Positions 52,074-61,252 of a DNA stretch of 64,000 nucleotides are shown here, one piece after another. Origin of the DNA: Escherichia virus TH15. The position numbers and the translations under genes were made by a program. Below the pieces are notes generated by a model. It was not told where the DNA came from. It made no database searches and saw only the letters and a list, made by a program, of their open reading frames with translations. The stretch is from the sequence record MT446392.1; one strand, given 5' to 3'. Position 1 is the stretch's first letter. The number at the start of each line of letters is the position of its first letter.

Positions 52074-53102
52074 ATGTCATATATTGATAGAGAATTTGCA
52101 ATCAGAGCTTTATCGTATCAACCACGTTATAGAGAAGTCACCGGGAGCACATTTAAGGCAAACTGTCGTTGTAAGGTTTGCGGTGACTCCCAGAAAGATT
52201 CACACAAGGCCCGATTCTGGGCGTATACCAATCCGTCTGATGGTGCGGTTTACGTGAAATGTTTTAACTGTGACTACTCCACGCATATAAGCAAATACAT
52301 AAAAGAGTTTGAGCCGGATTTGCACCGGGAATATATGGTTGAGAAGTACAAGGAAAACGCCTTCGGTCGACAACGTAATGAAGTTGCAGAAGCTCCGAAA
52401 GAACAAGAAAAAACTCCGGTTATTGAAGAGCTTGCTTTTTGCGAAAGAATCGATACTTTACCAGAAGAGCATCCGATAGTTAAGTATGTAAAAAGTCGGT
52501 GTATTCCGAGCAATGTTTGGAACCGGTTATGGTTTACAAACAAATGGCCTGCATTAGTTAACTCCGTTAATCCTGGGACGTATAAGAATGAAACGAATGA
52601 ACCACGCTTGGTTATTCCTATCTTCAACGGCAAAAAAGAAATCGAATCTTTCCAAGGACGAGCTCTTCGCAAAGATGCACCACAAAAATATATCACAATC
52701 AAAGCTCACCCAGAAGCTTCCAAAGTCTACGGAGTAGACAAGATTGATGAGCGCAAACGTGTGTGGGTAATGGAAGGTCCGATTGATAGTTTGTTTATCC
52801 CTAACAGCATTGCGATAACTGGCGGCACATTGTCATTGGAAGCGGTTCCTTATCCAGAAACCAGAGTATGGGTAATGGACAACGAGCCAAGACATCCTGA
52901 TACGATTAAACGTATGAAGAAGCTCGTTGAGGCTGGTGAAGCCGTTATGTTCTGGGATAATGCGCCATGGCATACAAAAGACATAAATGAGATGGTTAAA
53001 TCAGAAGGGGCAACCCCTGAACAAATCGAATCATATATGGCTGATAACGTTGCCCAAGGGTTGATGGCAAGAATGCGACTTTCGAAGTACGCAAAAGTTT
53101 AG
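52074..53102 (+). CDS. 61: DNA primase gp61
   Basis: 342 aa; zinc-binding CRCKVCGD...CFNCDY, C-terminal TOPRIM; matches T4 gp61. Confidence 0.9.
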   Translation: MSYIDREFAIRALSYQPRYREVTGSTFKANCRCKVCGDSQKDSHKARFWAYTNPSDGAVYVKCFNCDYSTHISKYIKEFEPDLHREYMVEKYKENAFGRQRNEVAEAPKEQEKTPVIEELAFCERIDTLPEEHPIVKYVKSRCIPSNVWNRLWFTNKWPALVNSVNPGTYKNETNEPRLVIPIFNGKKEIESFQGRALRKDAPQKYITIKAHPEASKVYGVDKIDERKRVWVMEGPIDSLFIPNSIAITGGTLSLEAVPYPETRVWVMDNEPRHPDTIKRMKKLVEAGEAVMFWDNAPWHTKDINEMVKSEGATPEQIESYMADNVAQGLMARMRLSKYAKV

Positions 53103-53299
53103 GAAGGGATTCCGGTAAAGTAACCGATGATGGAATGGATATGCTCCATTGTGACCTGGGGTAAGATAACCCCTTGTGTTGCGGCGATAGGCACAACCAG
53201 TAAGTTCCATAGGAAAACATCAAGAGCTAAAAAACCCATGATAAGCTTCTTGTCTTTCTTACTGGTTAATTTCCATATCTGATAGAATAATGTTCCCAT
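53099..53299 (-). CDS. small hydrophobic membrane protein (antisense paralog B)
   Basis: Minus strand; start at internal ATG with GGTGGA SD; paralog of 53308..53505. Confidence 0.45.
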   Translation of the reverse strand: MGTLFYQIWKLTSKKDKKLIMGFLALDVFLWNLLVVPIAATQGVILPQVTMEHIHSIIGYFTGIPS

Positions 53300-53307
53300 A
53301 ATTCCAC

Positions 53308-53505
53308 CTATACAAGGCCGATTAATGCCAGTGAAACATCTACAACTGATTCGAAGGCAACGACTGGAAGCACAAGACCGTGCGCCAGTGCAATCGGTGC
53401 TACAATAAAGTTCCATAAAAGAACTATACCTAGCACAGAAAACGTCAGAATCATTCGCTTGCGACTGCCTTTGATGGCTTGAATTAAACTAGAAAGTTTT
53501 AGCAT
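53308..53505 (-). CDS. small hydrophobic membrane protein (antisense paralog A)
   Basis: Minus strand; strong SD AGGAGG 4 nt before ATG; 65 aa, two TM helices; no + strand ORF here. Confidence 0.5.
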   Translation of the reverse strand: MLKLSSLIQAIKGSRKRMILTFSVLGIVLLWNFIVAPIALAHGLVLPVVAFESVVDVSLALIGLV

Positions 53506-53524
53506 ACATCCTCCTTTCTTTTAT

Positions 53525-53551
53525 TTATGCTTCAACTCAATATGATATAAT
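53525..53551 (+). promoter_or_regulatory. T4 middle-type promoter (MotA box) for gene 56
   Basis: TTTATGCTTCA, 11-nt spacer, -10 TATAAT. Confidence 0.5.
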
Positions 53552-53587
53552 TAACATACAAACAACATGAATTGATAAGGAAAAATA

Positions 53588-54106
53588 ATGGCACATTTTA
53601 ATGAATGCAGTGGTCTGATTACTGGTGTTGATAAAGCTGAAGAAGCTTATTTTAATGCTCTGATTCACGAAGATAAAGACCCTCTGCAAGTTATGCTTGA
53701 TATGCAGAAATCATTGCAGGTTCGTCTGGCTAATGACCGCGAATATTGCTATCATCCAGATAAACTGGCCACTGCGGGTGATGTTGTTGCCTGGATGCGT
53801 GAACAAAAAGATTGTATTGATGACGAATTCCGTGAACTTCTGACATCCCTTGGTGAAATGTCCAAAGGTGAAAAAGATGCGTCGGCTGTGTGGAAAAAAT
53901 GGAAAGCTCGTTACCAAGAAGCTCAAGCCAAGCCAATTTCTGAAATGTCTCCTGAAGACCAGCTTGAAATTAAATTTGAACTAATTGACATTATGCACTT
54001 TGTATTCAACATGGCTATTGGCCTTAATATGTCAGCAGAAGAAATATTCAAGCTTTATTATCTGAAGAATAAAGCCAACTTTGAGCGTCAAGACAACGGT
54101 TATTAA
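53588..54106 (+). CDS. 56: dCTP pyrophosphatase gp56
   Basis: MAHFNECSGLITGVDKA...REYCYHPDKLATAGDVVAWMREQKDCIDDEFRELLTSLGEMS near-identical to T4 gp56. Confidence 0.9.
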   Translation: MAHFNECSGLITGVDKAEEAYFNALIHEDKDPLQVMLDMQKSLQVRLANDREYCYHPDKLATAGDVVAWMREQKDCIDDEFRELLTSLGEMSKGEKDASAVWKKWKARYQEAQAKPISEMSPEDQLEIKFELIDIMHFVFNMAIGLNMSAEEIFKLYYLKNKANFERQDNGY

Positions 54107-54109
54107 TGA

Positions 54110-54117
54110 TATAAATA
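54110..54117 (+). promoter_or_regulatory. T4-type late promoter TATAAATA
   Basis: Exact TATAAATA ~32 nt upstream of soc. Confidence 0.55.
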
Positions 54118-54148
54118 CATCTGTAATTAAACAACAAAGGAGTTTATT

Positions 54149-54382
54149 ATGGGTGGTTTCGTTAATATCAAAACCTTTACGCATGCAGCTGGTGAAGGTA
54201 AAGAAGTTAAAGGTACCGAGGTTTCGGTTCCGTTTGAAATCTATTCTAATGCGCATCGTATTGCTAATGCTCATTATCAGACTTTCCCTTCGGCGGTAGC
54301 GGCCTACTCAACTGTGGTCACTGATGCTGCTGACTGGAAGACCAAAAACGAGGCAATGTTTACGCCGACTGCTATTGTTTAA
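54149..54382 (+). CDS. soc: small outer capsid protein Soc
   Basis: GFVNIKTF...AHYQTFPS..AAYSTV matches T4 Soc. Confidence 0.8.
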   Translation: MGGFVNIKTFTHAAGEGKEVKGTEVSVPFEIYSNAHRIANAHYQTFPSAVAAYSTVVTDAADWKTKNEAMFTPTAIV

Positions 54383-54384
54383 TT

Positions 54385-54410
54385 AAAGGGAACCTTCGGG
54401 TTCCCTTTTT
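54385..54410 (+). terminator. rho-independent terminator
   Basis: Stem AAAGGGAACC/GGTTCCCTTT loop TTCG then T-run. Confidence 0.65.
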
Positions 54411-54433
54411 GCTTTTAATAGAGATGGTATAAT
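54408..54433 (+). promoter_or_regulatory. possible middle-type promoter
   Basis: TTGCTTTTA box-like, ~10-nt spacer, -10 TATAAT. Confidence 0.35.
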
Positions 54434-54458
54434 TATTTCAATTACAGAGGAGAATACT

Positions 54459-54656
54459 ATGTTAAACCGTTGGATTAAACCAAATAAAACTTTAGATGAA
54501 GTTATTGCCCATGATGTCCATTTTAAGTATGGCCTGGGTGTGTTTGATGAGGTTATCGTACATTCATTCATGATGCACGATGATGATTCTTTAGAATTCA
54601 ATATTGAAATCCGTTGTGATGATGGTAAAGTTGAATTTAAACGAGGTTTCCTATGA
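54459..54656 (+). CDS. hypothetical protein
   Basis: 65-aa ORF after AGAGGAGAA. Confidence 0.5.
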   Translation: MLNRWIKPNKTLDEVIAHDVHFKYGLGVFDEVIVHSFMMHDDDSLEFNIEIRCDDGKVEFKRGFL

Positions 54657-55000
54657 TTAGTTGGCTCAAGAATTTATTCAAGACTAAACCAGGTGAAGGT
54701 GTGGTTCCTATTGCGCCATCGGATGTTAAACTAAGAGAATATGTTTACATGGGTGATGGTATGATGGAAGAAGTTATTCGTCAACCAGAAAAAGCTGGTA
54801 ATGTTGGCACAGGTGCATTGCCGTTGAATTCTAAAAAGTTAAAAGAACATTTGGATGCTCGCCGTACAAGTCATATCGGTACTACTTCGATTGTGGTGAC
54901 TGCGGCTGCGGTTAGTTCGTGGACAGGTGATTCATCTTATTCATCTTATTCATCATATGATTCAGGAAGCTGCGATTCGTCTTCCAGCTCGTGTGATTAA
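54653..55000 (+). CDS. hypothetical protein with Ser/Tyr-rich C-terminal tail
   Basis: 115 aa ending SSYSSYSSYDSGSCDSSSSSCD. Confidence 0.5.
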   Translation: MISWLKNLFKTKPGEGVVPIAPSDVKLREYVYMGDGMMEEVIRQPEKAGNVGTGALPLNSKKLKEHLDARRTSHIGTTSIVVTAAAVSSWTGDSSYSSYSSYDSGSCDSSSSSCD

Positions 55001-55195
55001 ATGAGAATTACAAGTTGGCTTAAAGATTGGTTAGTTACTCCAGGGATTGATGATTCCTGGGTAGCCCGAGCCGAGGAAGAAATGCAACGTGAAGCCGAAG
55101 AATGGGCTGCTAATGGTATTAAAGCCATGCAGGAAAAGAAGACTGAACGAGCAGCCCTTAAACTGATGCGTGATATCTACGGAGATAAATCATGA
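55001..55195 (+). CDS. hypothetical protein
   Basis: 64-aa ORF. Confidence 0.45.
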   Translation: MRITSWLKDWLVTPGIDDSWVARAEEEMQREAEEWAANGIKAMQEKKTERAALKLMRDIYGDKS

Positions 55196-55341
55196 CACAA
55201 GAAGAAGCTGAACGCCAGGCAAAAGAAGCACTGGATTTGCTTTTGAAAATTGGCAGTAAAATGATGGAAGAAAACGAAAAGTACATCAAGGAAAATAAAG
55301 TTCCTGATGGTCCATTAGTCGGTAAGAGGAAAACATTATGA
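55192..55341 (+). CDS. hypothetical small protein (49 aa)
   Basis: ATGA overlaps both neighbours. Confidence 0.35.
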   Translation: MTQEEAERQAKEALDLLLKIGSKMMEENEKYIKENKVPDGPLVGKRKTL

Positions 55342-55826
55342 AAGTATACGAATTAGAATTTTACGTCCGTGATTCGGCAGGCCAAACACGACCTTACGAT
55401 GCAACAGCCTGTCTTATCTTTGCATATAATGGCATGGATTCGGTTACTGAGTTGGAAACAAAATTAATGAACCTGACGATGCCAGAAAATGTCACGATGA
55501 AGGTATTTCATAACAAAAACGTTAATGTGGCTGAAGGGTGTCCGTTTACTGTTTCCGAAGCTCTACACATCAAAGGCTATCGCCACCCGGACCCATATGC
55601 AGAAGGTACTGCGGATATTTTCTATAAAGATAGAGATAAAATGGCCACTGAACGACTTAAAGGTCGCACATATCTGATTTCCACTACCGACGACCTTGCT
55701 GAAGTTGAACGTCAGATTTGGAAGCACTTTGATATTGGTCTACGCTTTACTTTAACAGAAGAAGCTATTCAAGATACTAAAATGCGTGCTCGTATGTATG
55801 GTTACGGTCCGATTGGTGGTTACTAA
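55338..55826 (+). CDS. hypothetical protein (mrh-position)
   Basis: 162 aa; position between soc and the ART genes corresponds to T4 mrh; not sequence-verified. Confidence 0.55.
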   Translation: MKVYELEFYVRDSAGQTRPYDATACLIFAYNGMDSVTELETKLMNLTMPENVTMKVFHNKNVNVAEGCPFTVSEALHIKGYRHPDPYAEGTADIFYKDRDKMATERLKGRTYLISTTDDLAEVERQIWKHFDIGLRFTLTEEAIQDTKMRARMYGYGPIGGY

Positions 55827-56002
55827 TGGATTTATTTGAACTTTTTGAAGAGCCTAAAGCGCATACGGAAGCCCGTGTGGACCTAGTTGACGAACTTGAT
55901 GCGATTATACAGAAGCATGGTTTTAGTCTCCCATTGGAAGTTCTACGCGACCTGGCCTCATATTACGACGACCCACCTCCGTGGGCACCATGGGGGAAAT
56001 GA
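55826..56002 (+). CDS. hypothetical small acidic protein (58 aa)
   Basis: TAATG junction; below track cutoff. Confidence 0.3.
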   Translation: MDLFELFEEPKAHTEARVDLVDELDAIIQKHGFSLPLEVLRDLASYYDDPPPWAPWGK

Positions 56003-56235
56003 TGAACTGGTTAACAAATATTCCCACATCGGCGCAGGATATCGACCGTAAACACGCTCATAAGGAAATCGAGCAACAAAAAATTAATCGTGTACAAAGG
56101 CTTAAGATTGAATCCGAGACAATTAAAGCCAAACGACCAACAGAATCGAAAAGTTCTTACTCATCATGCCAATCCCCAATTGGCATGGCCGCAGACATCG
56201 CTATCTTCGGCGTCCCACTTGGAGTATTTAAGTAG
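55999..56235 (+). CDS. hypothetical protein
   Basis: ATG 55999; track start 55981 is GTG. Confidence 0.4.
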   Translation: MMNWLTNIPTSAQDIDRKHAHKEIEQQKINRVQRLKIESETIKAKRPTESKSSYSSCQSPIGMAADIAIFGVPLGVFK

Positions 56236-56264
56236 TTTACTTACTCCCCTCCTAATGACATAAT
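56235..56264 (+). promoter_or_regulatory. T4-type early promoter
   Basis: -35 GTTTACT, 17-nt spacer, -10 CATAAT. Confidence 0.6.
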
Positions 56265-56291
56265 GGCCTTTCTTACAACAGAGAGGCCATT

Positions 56292-56852
56292 ATGAACATC
56301 ATCAAATCTGATACCGAACCCAACCAGTTAAAATTTAGTGAAATGGAGATAGCTTCATTGTTTGAATGTCGCACATCAAAGGTTGACAAAACCTTGCATT
56401 CAAACGTCAACTCAATCATCAAGTCAAGGTTATCTGTACCTGATACAGTCTTGTATCGCGGGGTTACCCAGCAAGAGATTGATTTGTTAGATGAAGCAAA
56501 AGAATCAATGCAACCTTTTGAATTTGGAAGAATAACTTCCTTTACAGAAGACTACGGTATTGCCAGGGATTTTGCTGCAATGGAATATGTGACAAGGACT
56601 ATCGTCAGATTGAATCAGACCAAAGCTTTTTGTTACCATGATGCGATGCGCAAAATCGCGCTTGATGTTCCACTGGAATTCTTCAATACTGCTTCTGGTT
56701 CCAAACAGGCAGCTACATTAAGGCGTGAAGAATACATGGACATGATTGATTCTGAGCTTGAATGGTTTGTTCCAGTTGACCAGAAATACGTGATAGTTGA
56801 TGCTGGATTTGTTGGTGATTATTATGTTCTTGACTGTGTACAAGAACAATAA
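56292..56852 (+). CDS. ADP-ribosyltransferase-like protein (ModB position)
   Basis: R-S-E-type motifs: LYRGV, TSFTED, SELEW; T4 synteny soc-mrh-modB-modA-srd. Confidence 0.6.
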   Translation: MNIIKSDTEPNQLKFSEMEIASLFECRTSKVDKTLHSNVNSIIKSRLSVPDTVLYRGVTQQEIDLLDEAKESMQPFEFGRITSFTEDYGIARDFAAMEYVTRTIVRLNQTKAFCYHDAMRKIALDVPLEFFNTASGSKQAATLRREEYMDMIDSELEWFVPVDQKYVIVDAGFVGDYYVLDCVQEQ

Positions 56853-56865
56853 GACACGTTAAGAT
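56836..56865 (+). promoter_or_regulatory. possible early promoter
   Basis: -35 GTGTACA inside upstream coding end, weak -10 TAAGAT. Confidence 0.35.
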
Positions 56866-56896
56866 GTTCCTATCAACTACTGATGAGGATAATAAA

Positions 56897-57511
56897 ATGC
56901 TGTACACTGATGACGTTTTGAATGGAATTATTGACACTGCCGCTTCTAGTGAGTCTTTTCGTGACCAATGTCAAGCAGAGATTGATGCTCTTTATACAGA
57001 TAATGAGCAATCAGTACTCTGGCAGTGTATGGAAAATAAACCCGACCTGATTCAAGAAGACTTAACCAGGATTATCCGCAACAATCTGACTAAAGAAATT
57101 CCTACAAAATTGTATCGTGGGATTTCGCAGAAAACCATGGAATACCTGGAATCAGAAGGGTGTGTTGGCGGGATTATCAACTTTGACAGAGTGATGAGTT
57201 TTTCCAGGGACTGGCAGGTTGCAAGAAATTTCGCATCATATAGCTTCTATGGTACAAGGAATATTTTCTGCATAAACAATGCACCTTATGCGTATAACTA
57301 TCAGGAAGCAATCTTTAAAATGATTTGCGGCGCTCCTCCTGAAGAGTTCAATGGTGCATATCCAGAAGCAACCAGGAAGTCAAACTTACACCTGGTTAAT
57401 GATGAGGATGAGTTTATGTTTCCCGCTGGGACTACGCTTCGCGTAGATTTAATTGAGACACACCCATTGAATAACCTGTATACTGTTTGGCATTTAACTG
57501 TTTTGAACTAA
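56897..57511 (+). CDS. ADP-ribosyltransferase-like protein (ModA position)
   Basis: LYRGI, MSFSRD, EDEF motifs; ATG 56897 after TGATGAGGATAATAAA. Confidence 0.6.
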   Translation: MLYTDDVLNGIIDTAASSESFRDQCQAEIDALYTDNEQSVLWQCMENKPDLIQEDLTRIIRNNLTKEIPTKLYRGISQKTMEYLESEGCVGGIINFDRVMSFSRDWQVARNFASYSFYGTRNIFCINNAPYAYNYQEAIFKMICGAPPEEFNGAYPEATRKSNLHLVNDEDEFMFPAGTTLRVDLIETHPLNNLYTVWHLTVLN

Positions 57512-57570
57512 CTAAAGACCTTAGAACCATTATACACAGTAAAAATAAAAGCGTTAAAGGTGAAAAAGTA

Positions 57571-57599
57571 GTGTACATAAAAGATGAATAGTGTATAAT
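57571..57599 (+). promoter_or_regulatory. T4-type early promoter
   Basis: -35 GTGTACA, 16-nt spacer, -10 TATAAT. Confidence 0.6.
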
Positions 57600-57646
57600 G
57601 ATTCCGTACTGAGTTATTCAATCGTCCGTAAGATGAGAAAAATATC

Positions 57647-58393
57647 ATGACTTTATCAAAAACCAAAACGCTGAAAGTTAAACGTCGTCTGGAACACACT
57701 CAAGCTTCTGCTAAACGTCGCGGTAAGGACTTTAACCTGGATTTCAATTACCTGGTTAACATTCTTGACCAAAAAGTTTGTGCTTATTCTGGTGAAGCAT
57801 TTAATAACTCTATTGAAGGTGAGAAGTTATCATTAGAGCGTTTTAACAATGATATTGGTTATATCAAAGGTAATGTTATTCCTGTTAAAAAGAAATACAA
57901 TACCATGCGTTCTGATTGGTCCCTGGGTGAGCTTAAACAACGTCGTGATGATGTTGCTGTAAAAATTGCTCGCCCATCTGCCAAGAAGATTGAAAAGTTA
58001 AATCTGACTTCAGAGAAATGGGAACAGATTAAAAAGTCATACAACCATATAAAGAACATCCAGCACAAACGTGAGAATCGCGTTAAGCATTATGCCCAAA
58101 TGAGTAAATCAGAGCAGTCAAAAGAAAACCAATTAAAAATGGTTGCTCTGAAGGCTCGCATTGATGGTTCCCGTATTGCGGAAGGTCATGAGCTTACTAA
58201 ATTGAACGTCTTACTCAAAGGTAATGACTGGAAAGTTACCAAGAAATTAACTGATGCTGAAACGCTTTTTGATTGCTATGATAAAATCATTCAAGGTCTT
58301 GAGCGTTTTGAGAAGATTGGTTTTATTGGTAAATTAAAACTGAAACGTGGTCTACCTTTGAACGCGTCAATTTTTAAACTGATTAGAGGTTAA
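57647..58393 (+). CDS. hypothetical basic protein (srd-position)
   Basis: 248 aa between ART genes and dda, where T4 srd lies; not sequence-verified. Confidence 0.5.
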   Translation: MTLSKTKTLKVKRRLEHTQASAKRRGKDFNLDFNYLVNILDQKVCAYSGEAFNNSIEGEKLSLERFNNDIGYIKGNVIPVKKKYNTMRSDWSLGELKQRRDDVAVKIARPSAKKIEKLNLTSEKWEQIKKSYNHIKNIQHKRENRVKHYAQMSKSEQSKENQLKMVALKARIDGSRIAEGHELTKLNVLLKGNDWKVTKKLTDAETLFDCYDKIIQGLERFEKIGFIGKLKLKRGLPLNASIFKLIRG

Positions 58394-58394
58394 T

Positions 58395-58694
58395 GTGATG
58401 TACTACGCTTATGTATTGGTTTACAAAGATAAGGATGGATTTGAACATCCATTGGAGTATGATGGGAAGGTTACCTTGTATACCACAAAGTTCGCCGCGG
58501 ATTATGAACTTGCCAACTATTCATACACCACAAAAAGATATTTAAGTATGGGACGTATTGAAACTTTGTACATTCCAAGAAAATGGTGGTTTGATAAGCG
58601 GGAAACCAAAACTGTGTTCCCTACAGAAGACCGTGCAAGAGAACTGAAATTGGTTTTAGATACTGTTAATGTTAAGCGAGTAAAATTGGCATGA
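58395..58694 (+). CDS. hypothetical protein
   Basis: 99-aa ORF. Confidence 0.5.
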   Translation: MMYYAYVLVYKDKDGFEHPLEYDGKVTLYTTKFAADYELANYSYTTKRYLSMGRIETLYIPRKWWFDKRETKTVFPTEDRARELKLVLDTVNVKRVKLA

Positions 58695-60019
58695 TTAAAT
58701 TTGAAGACTTGAACACAGGACAAAAAGAAGCTTTTGATTATATCACCCAAGCTATTCAGCGACGTTCAGGGGAATGTATCACTCTGAATGGTCCAGCTGG
58801 TACAGGTAAGACTACTCTGACAAAATTTGTCATTGACCACCTAGTACGTAATGGAGTTTTGGGAATTGTGCTTGCTGCACCAACTCACCAGGCAAAAAAG
58901 GTTTTATCCAAATTGTCTGGTCAAACAGCGAATACAATCCATAGCATCCTGAAGATTAACCCAACCACATATGAAGACCAAAACATTTTTGAACAGCGCG
59001 AAATGCCTGATATGTCAAAATGTAATGTTCTGATTTGTGATGAAGCAAGTATGTATGACGGGCCTCTGTTTAAGATTATTTGCAATTCTGTTCCTGAGTG
59101 GTGTACCATTCTTGGGATTGGTGATATGCACCAGCTGCAGCCAGTTGACCCAGGAAGCACACAGCAAAAGATAAGTCCATTCTTTACACATCCTAAGTTC
59201 AAACAGATTCATCTGACTGAGGTCATGCGAAGCAATGCTCCTATCATTGAAGTGGCGACAGAAATTCGTAATGGTGGTTGGTTCCGTGATTGCATGTATG
59301 AAGGCCATGGTGTACAAGGTTTCACCTCACAAACCGCTTTAAAGGATTTCATGGTAAACTATTTCAGTCATGTAAAAGATGCTGATATGTTGATGGAAAA
59401 CAGGATGTATGCGTACACGAATAAATCAGTTGAAAAACTGAATAATATTATTCGTCGCAAGCTCTATGAAACGGATAAAGCATTTTTACCGTATGAAGTC
59501 CTGGTTATGCAAGAGCCGCACATGAAAGAGCTGGAATTTGAAGGTAAGAAATTCAGCGAAACCATTTTTAATAATGGTCAGTTGGTTCGTATCAAGGATT
59601 GCAAATACACTTCCACCATTCTCCGTTGTAAAGGGGAATCGCACCAGTTGGTAATTAATTACTGGGACCTGGAAGTTGAGTCAATTGATGAAGATGAAGA
59701 GTATCAGGTTGACCGTATCAAAGTTTTACCAGAAGACCAGCAACCAAAATTCCAGGCATATCTGGCGAAAGTTGCTGATACATACAAACAGATGAAAGCT
59801 GCTGGTAAACGTCCAGAGTGGAAAGACTTCTGGAAAGCACGCCGGACCTTCTTGAAAGTTCGTGCTCTTCCAGTCAGTACAATCCACAAGGCGCAGGGTG
59901 TTTCAGTAAACAAAGCATTCATCTATACTCCATGCATCCATATGGCTGAAGCTTCATTAGCGAGCCAGTTGGCTTATGTAGGAATCACACGAGCGAGGTA
60001 CGACGCATATTATGTATAA
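58691..60019 (+). CDS. dda: DNA helicase Dda (SF1B)
   Basis: Walker A GPAGTGKTT, LICDEASM, C-terminal KAQGVSV; matches T4 Dda. Confidence 0.9.
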   Translation: MIKFEDLNTGQKEAFDYITQAIQRRSGECITLNGPAGTGKTTLTKFVIDHLVRNGVLGIVLAAPTHQAKKVLSKLSGQTANTIHSILKINPTTYEDQNIFEQREMPDMSKCNVLICDEASMYDGPLFKIICNSVPEWCTILGIGDMHQLQPVDPGSTQQKISPFFTHPKFKQIHLTEVMRSNAPIIEVATEIRNGGWFRDCMYEGHGVQGFTSQTALKDFMVNYFSHVKDADMLMENRMYAYTNKSVEKLNNIIRRKLYETDKAFLPYEVLVMQEPHMKELEFEGKKFSETIFNNGQLVRIKDCKYTSTILRCKGESHQLVINYWDLEVESIDEDEEYQVDRIKVLPEDQQPKFQAYLAKVADTYKQMKAAGKRPEWKDFWKARRTFLKVRALPVSTIHKAQGVSVNKAFIYTPCIHMAEASLASQLAYVGITRARYDAYYV

Positions 60020-60251
60020 GGTATATAAAGAAGATTTAGATAATCTTATCTACGGTATTCATGATGCCGTTGAATTTTACGAAGATAATCCGACTATCGT
60101 CCAACAGGGCAATTATGTTTTACTGGAACTGAGTCTTATCCAGAAACGTATGGCTGCGATTGAATATTTTAACAATGAAGAGCCAGGGATTTTTATCTCT
60201 GACTATGTTGCTGGTGAAATTCAGAAATTAAAAGAGATGTGCGATGATTGA
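60012..60251 (+). CDS. hypothetical protein
   Basis: 79-aa ORF. Confidence 0.5.
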   Translation: MYKVYKEDLDNLIYGIHDAVEFYEDNPTIVQQGNYVLLELSLIQKRMAAIEYFNNEEPGIFISDYVAGEIQKLKEMCDD

Positions 60252-60927
60252 TGCTATTATTGACTTTGAAACTCTGGGAAACGGCTCGAAGGGAGCCGTT
60301 ATTGACCTGGCTCTGATTACATTTGAATCTGACCCTGCTATTGTGGAATCGTTCGAAACTCTGGTTAATCGCGGTAAACGAATTAAGTTCAGCCTAGAAT
60401 ACCAGAAAGGTAAACGTCTGTTTGACACAACAACTATGGGTTGGTGGAAAAAGCAATCTCCAGAAGCTCGTGTTAACCTGGCGCCGACGGCACAAGATGT
60501 TGATACTCTGACTGGTATCCAACAAGCGATTGATTATCTGAAGGGTAATGGAATTAACAAATACGAAAGCCTTATGTGGTGTCGTGGAATGTCTTTTGAC
60601 TTCCCGTTGTTTGTTGACCTTATTCGCGACCTGCAGCGCAATGAGGGTATCCCTGAGCGCGAATTGAATACCTATGACCTGGAACCAGTTGTATTCTGGA
60701 ACCAGCGAGATATCCGAACAGCAATCGAAGCACTGTCACTCGTCCGTAAGATGTGTGAAACTCCGTTACCGAAGGGGACTTTGGATGGATTTGTAGCGCA
60801 TGATAGTGTGCATGATTGTGCGAAAGATATTCTTATGTTGAAGTACGCCCAGCGCTATGCTCTTGGTTTAGATGAAGTTCCTGCCGAAGAAGATGCAGAC
60901 CCGTTATCTTTACCAAAAAAACGATAA
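60244..60927 (+). CDS. dexA: exonuclease A (DEDD family)
   Basis: 227 aa; IIDFETLG, HDSVHDCAKD; matches T4 DexA. Confidence 0.9.
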   Translation: MIDAIIDFETLGNGSKGAVIDLALITFESDPAIVESFETLVNRGKRIKFSLEYQKGKRLFDTTTMGWWKKQSPEARVNLAPTAQDVDTLTGIQQAIDYLKGNGINKYESLMWCRGMSFDFPLFVDLIRDLQRNEGIPERELNTYDLEPVVFWNQRDIRTAIEALSLVRKMCETPLPKGTLDGFVAHDSVHDCAKDILMLKYAQRYALGLDEVPAEEDADPLSLPKKR

Positions 60928-60933
60928 AAAGTA

Positions 60934-60963
60934 GTGTACAAGGCCAATGGAAAGAGACATAAT
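60934..60963 (+). promoter_or_regulatory. T4-type early promoter
   Basis: -35 GTGTACA, 17-nt spacer, -10 CATAAT. Confidence 0.6.
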
Positions 60964-60994
60964 CATCTCATCAACTACTGATGAGGAAAACAAA

Positions 60995-61252
60995 ATGATT
61001 ACTTCTTTTAAAATTGGTCAACAATATGAAATGTCTGCTATTCAAGCTGCTGAAGCAGGTCTGACCAAAGCGTTTGAATGTGCATTTACAAATATTCGTG
61101 GTAAAATCTTTACTGTCAATAAAGTTGCAGTATATGATAAAGAAACAGACATGAACAAAGGCATCTACCTGAACGTGTCAAACGCAAAAGGTCGTCGTGA
61201 AATTATGGTTGTGCAACCTAATCAACTAGCGATGTTCAACGAGGTGGCATAA
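60995..61252 (+). CDS. hypothetical protein
   Basis: ATG 60995 after TGATGAGGAAAACAAA. Confidence 0.5.
   Translation: MITSFKIGQQYEMSAIQAAEAGLTKAFECAFTNIRGKIFTVNKVAVYDKETDMNKGIYLNVSNAKGRREIMVVQPNQLAMFNEVA

Noticed and set aside
54938-54965. CRISPR-like or other repeat array
   Set aside because: The only tandem repeat is a 9-bp in-frame coding repeat; no spacer-repeat architecture anywhere in the window.
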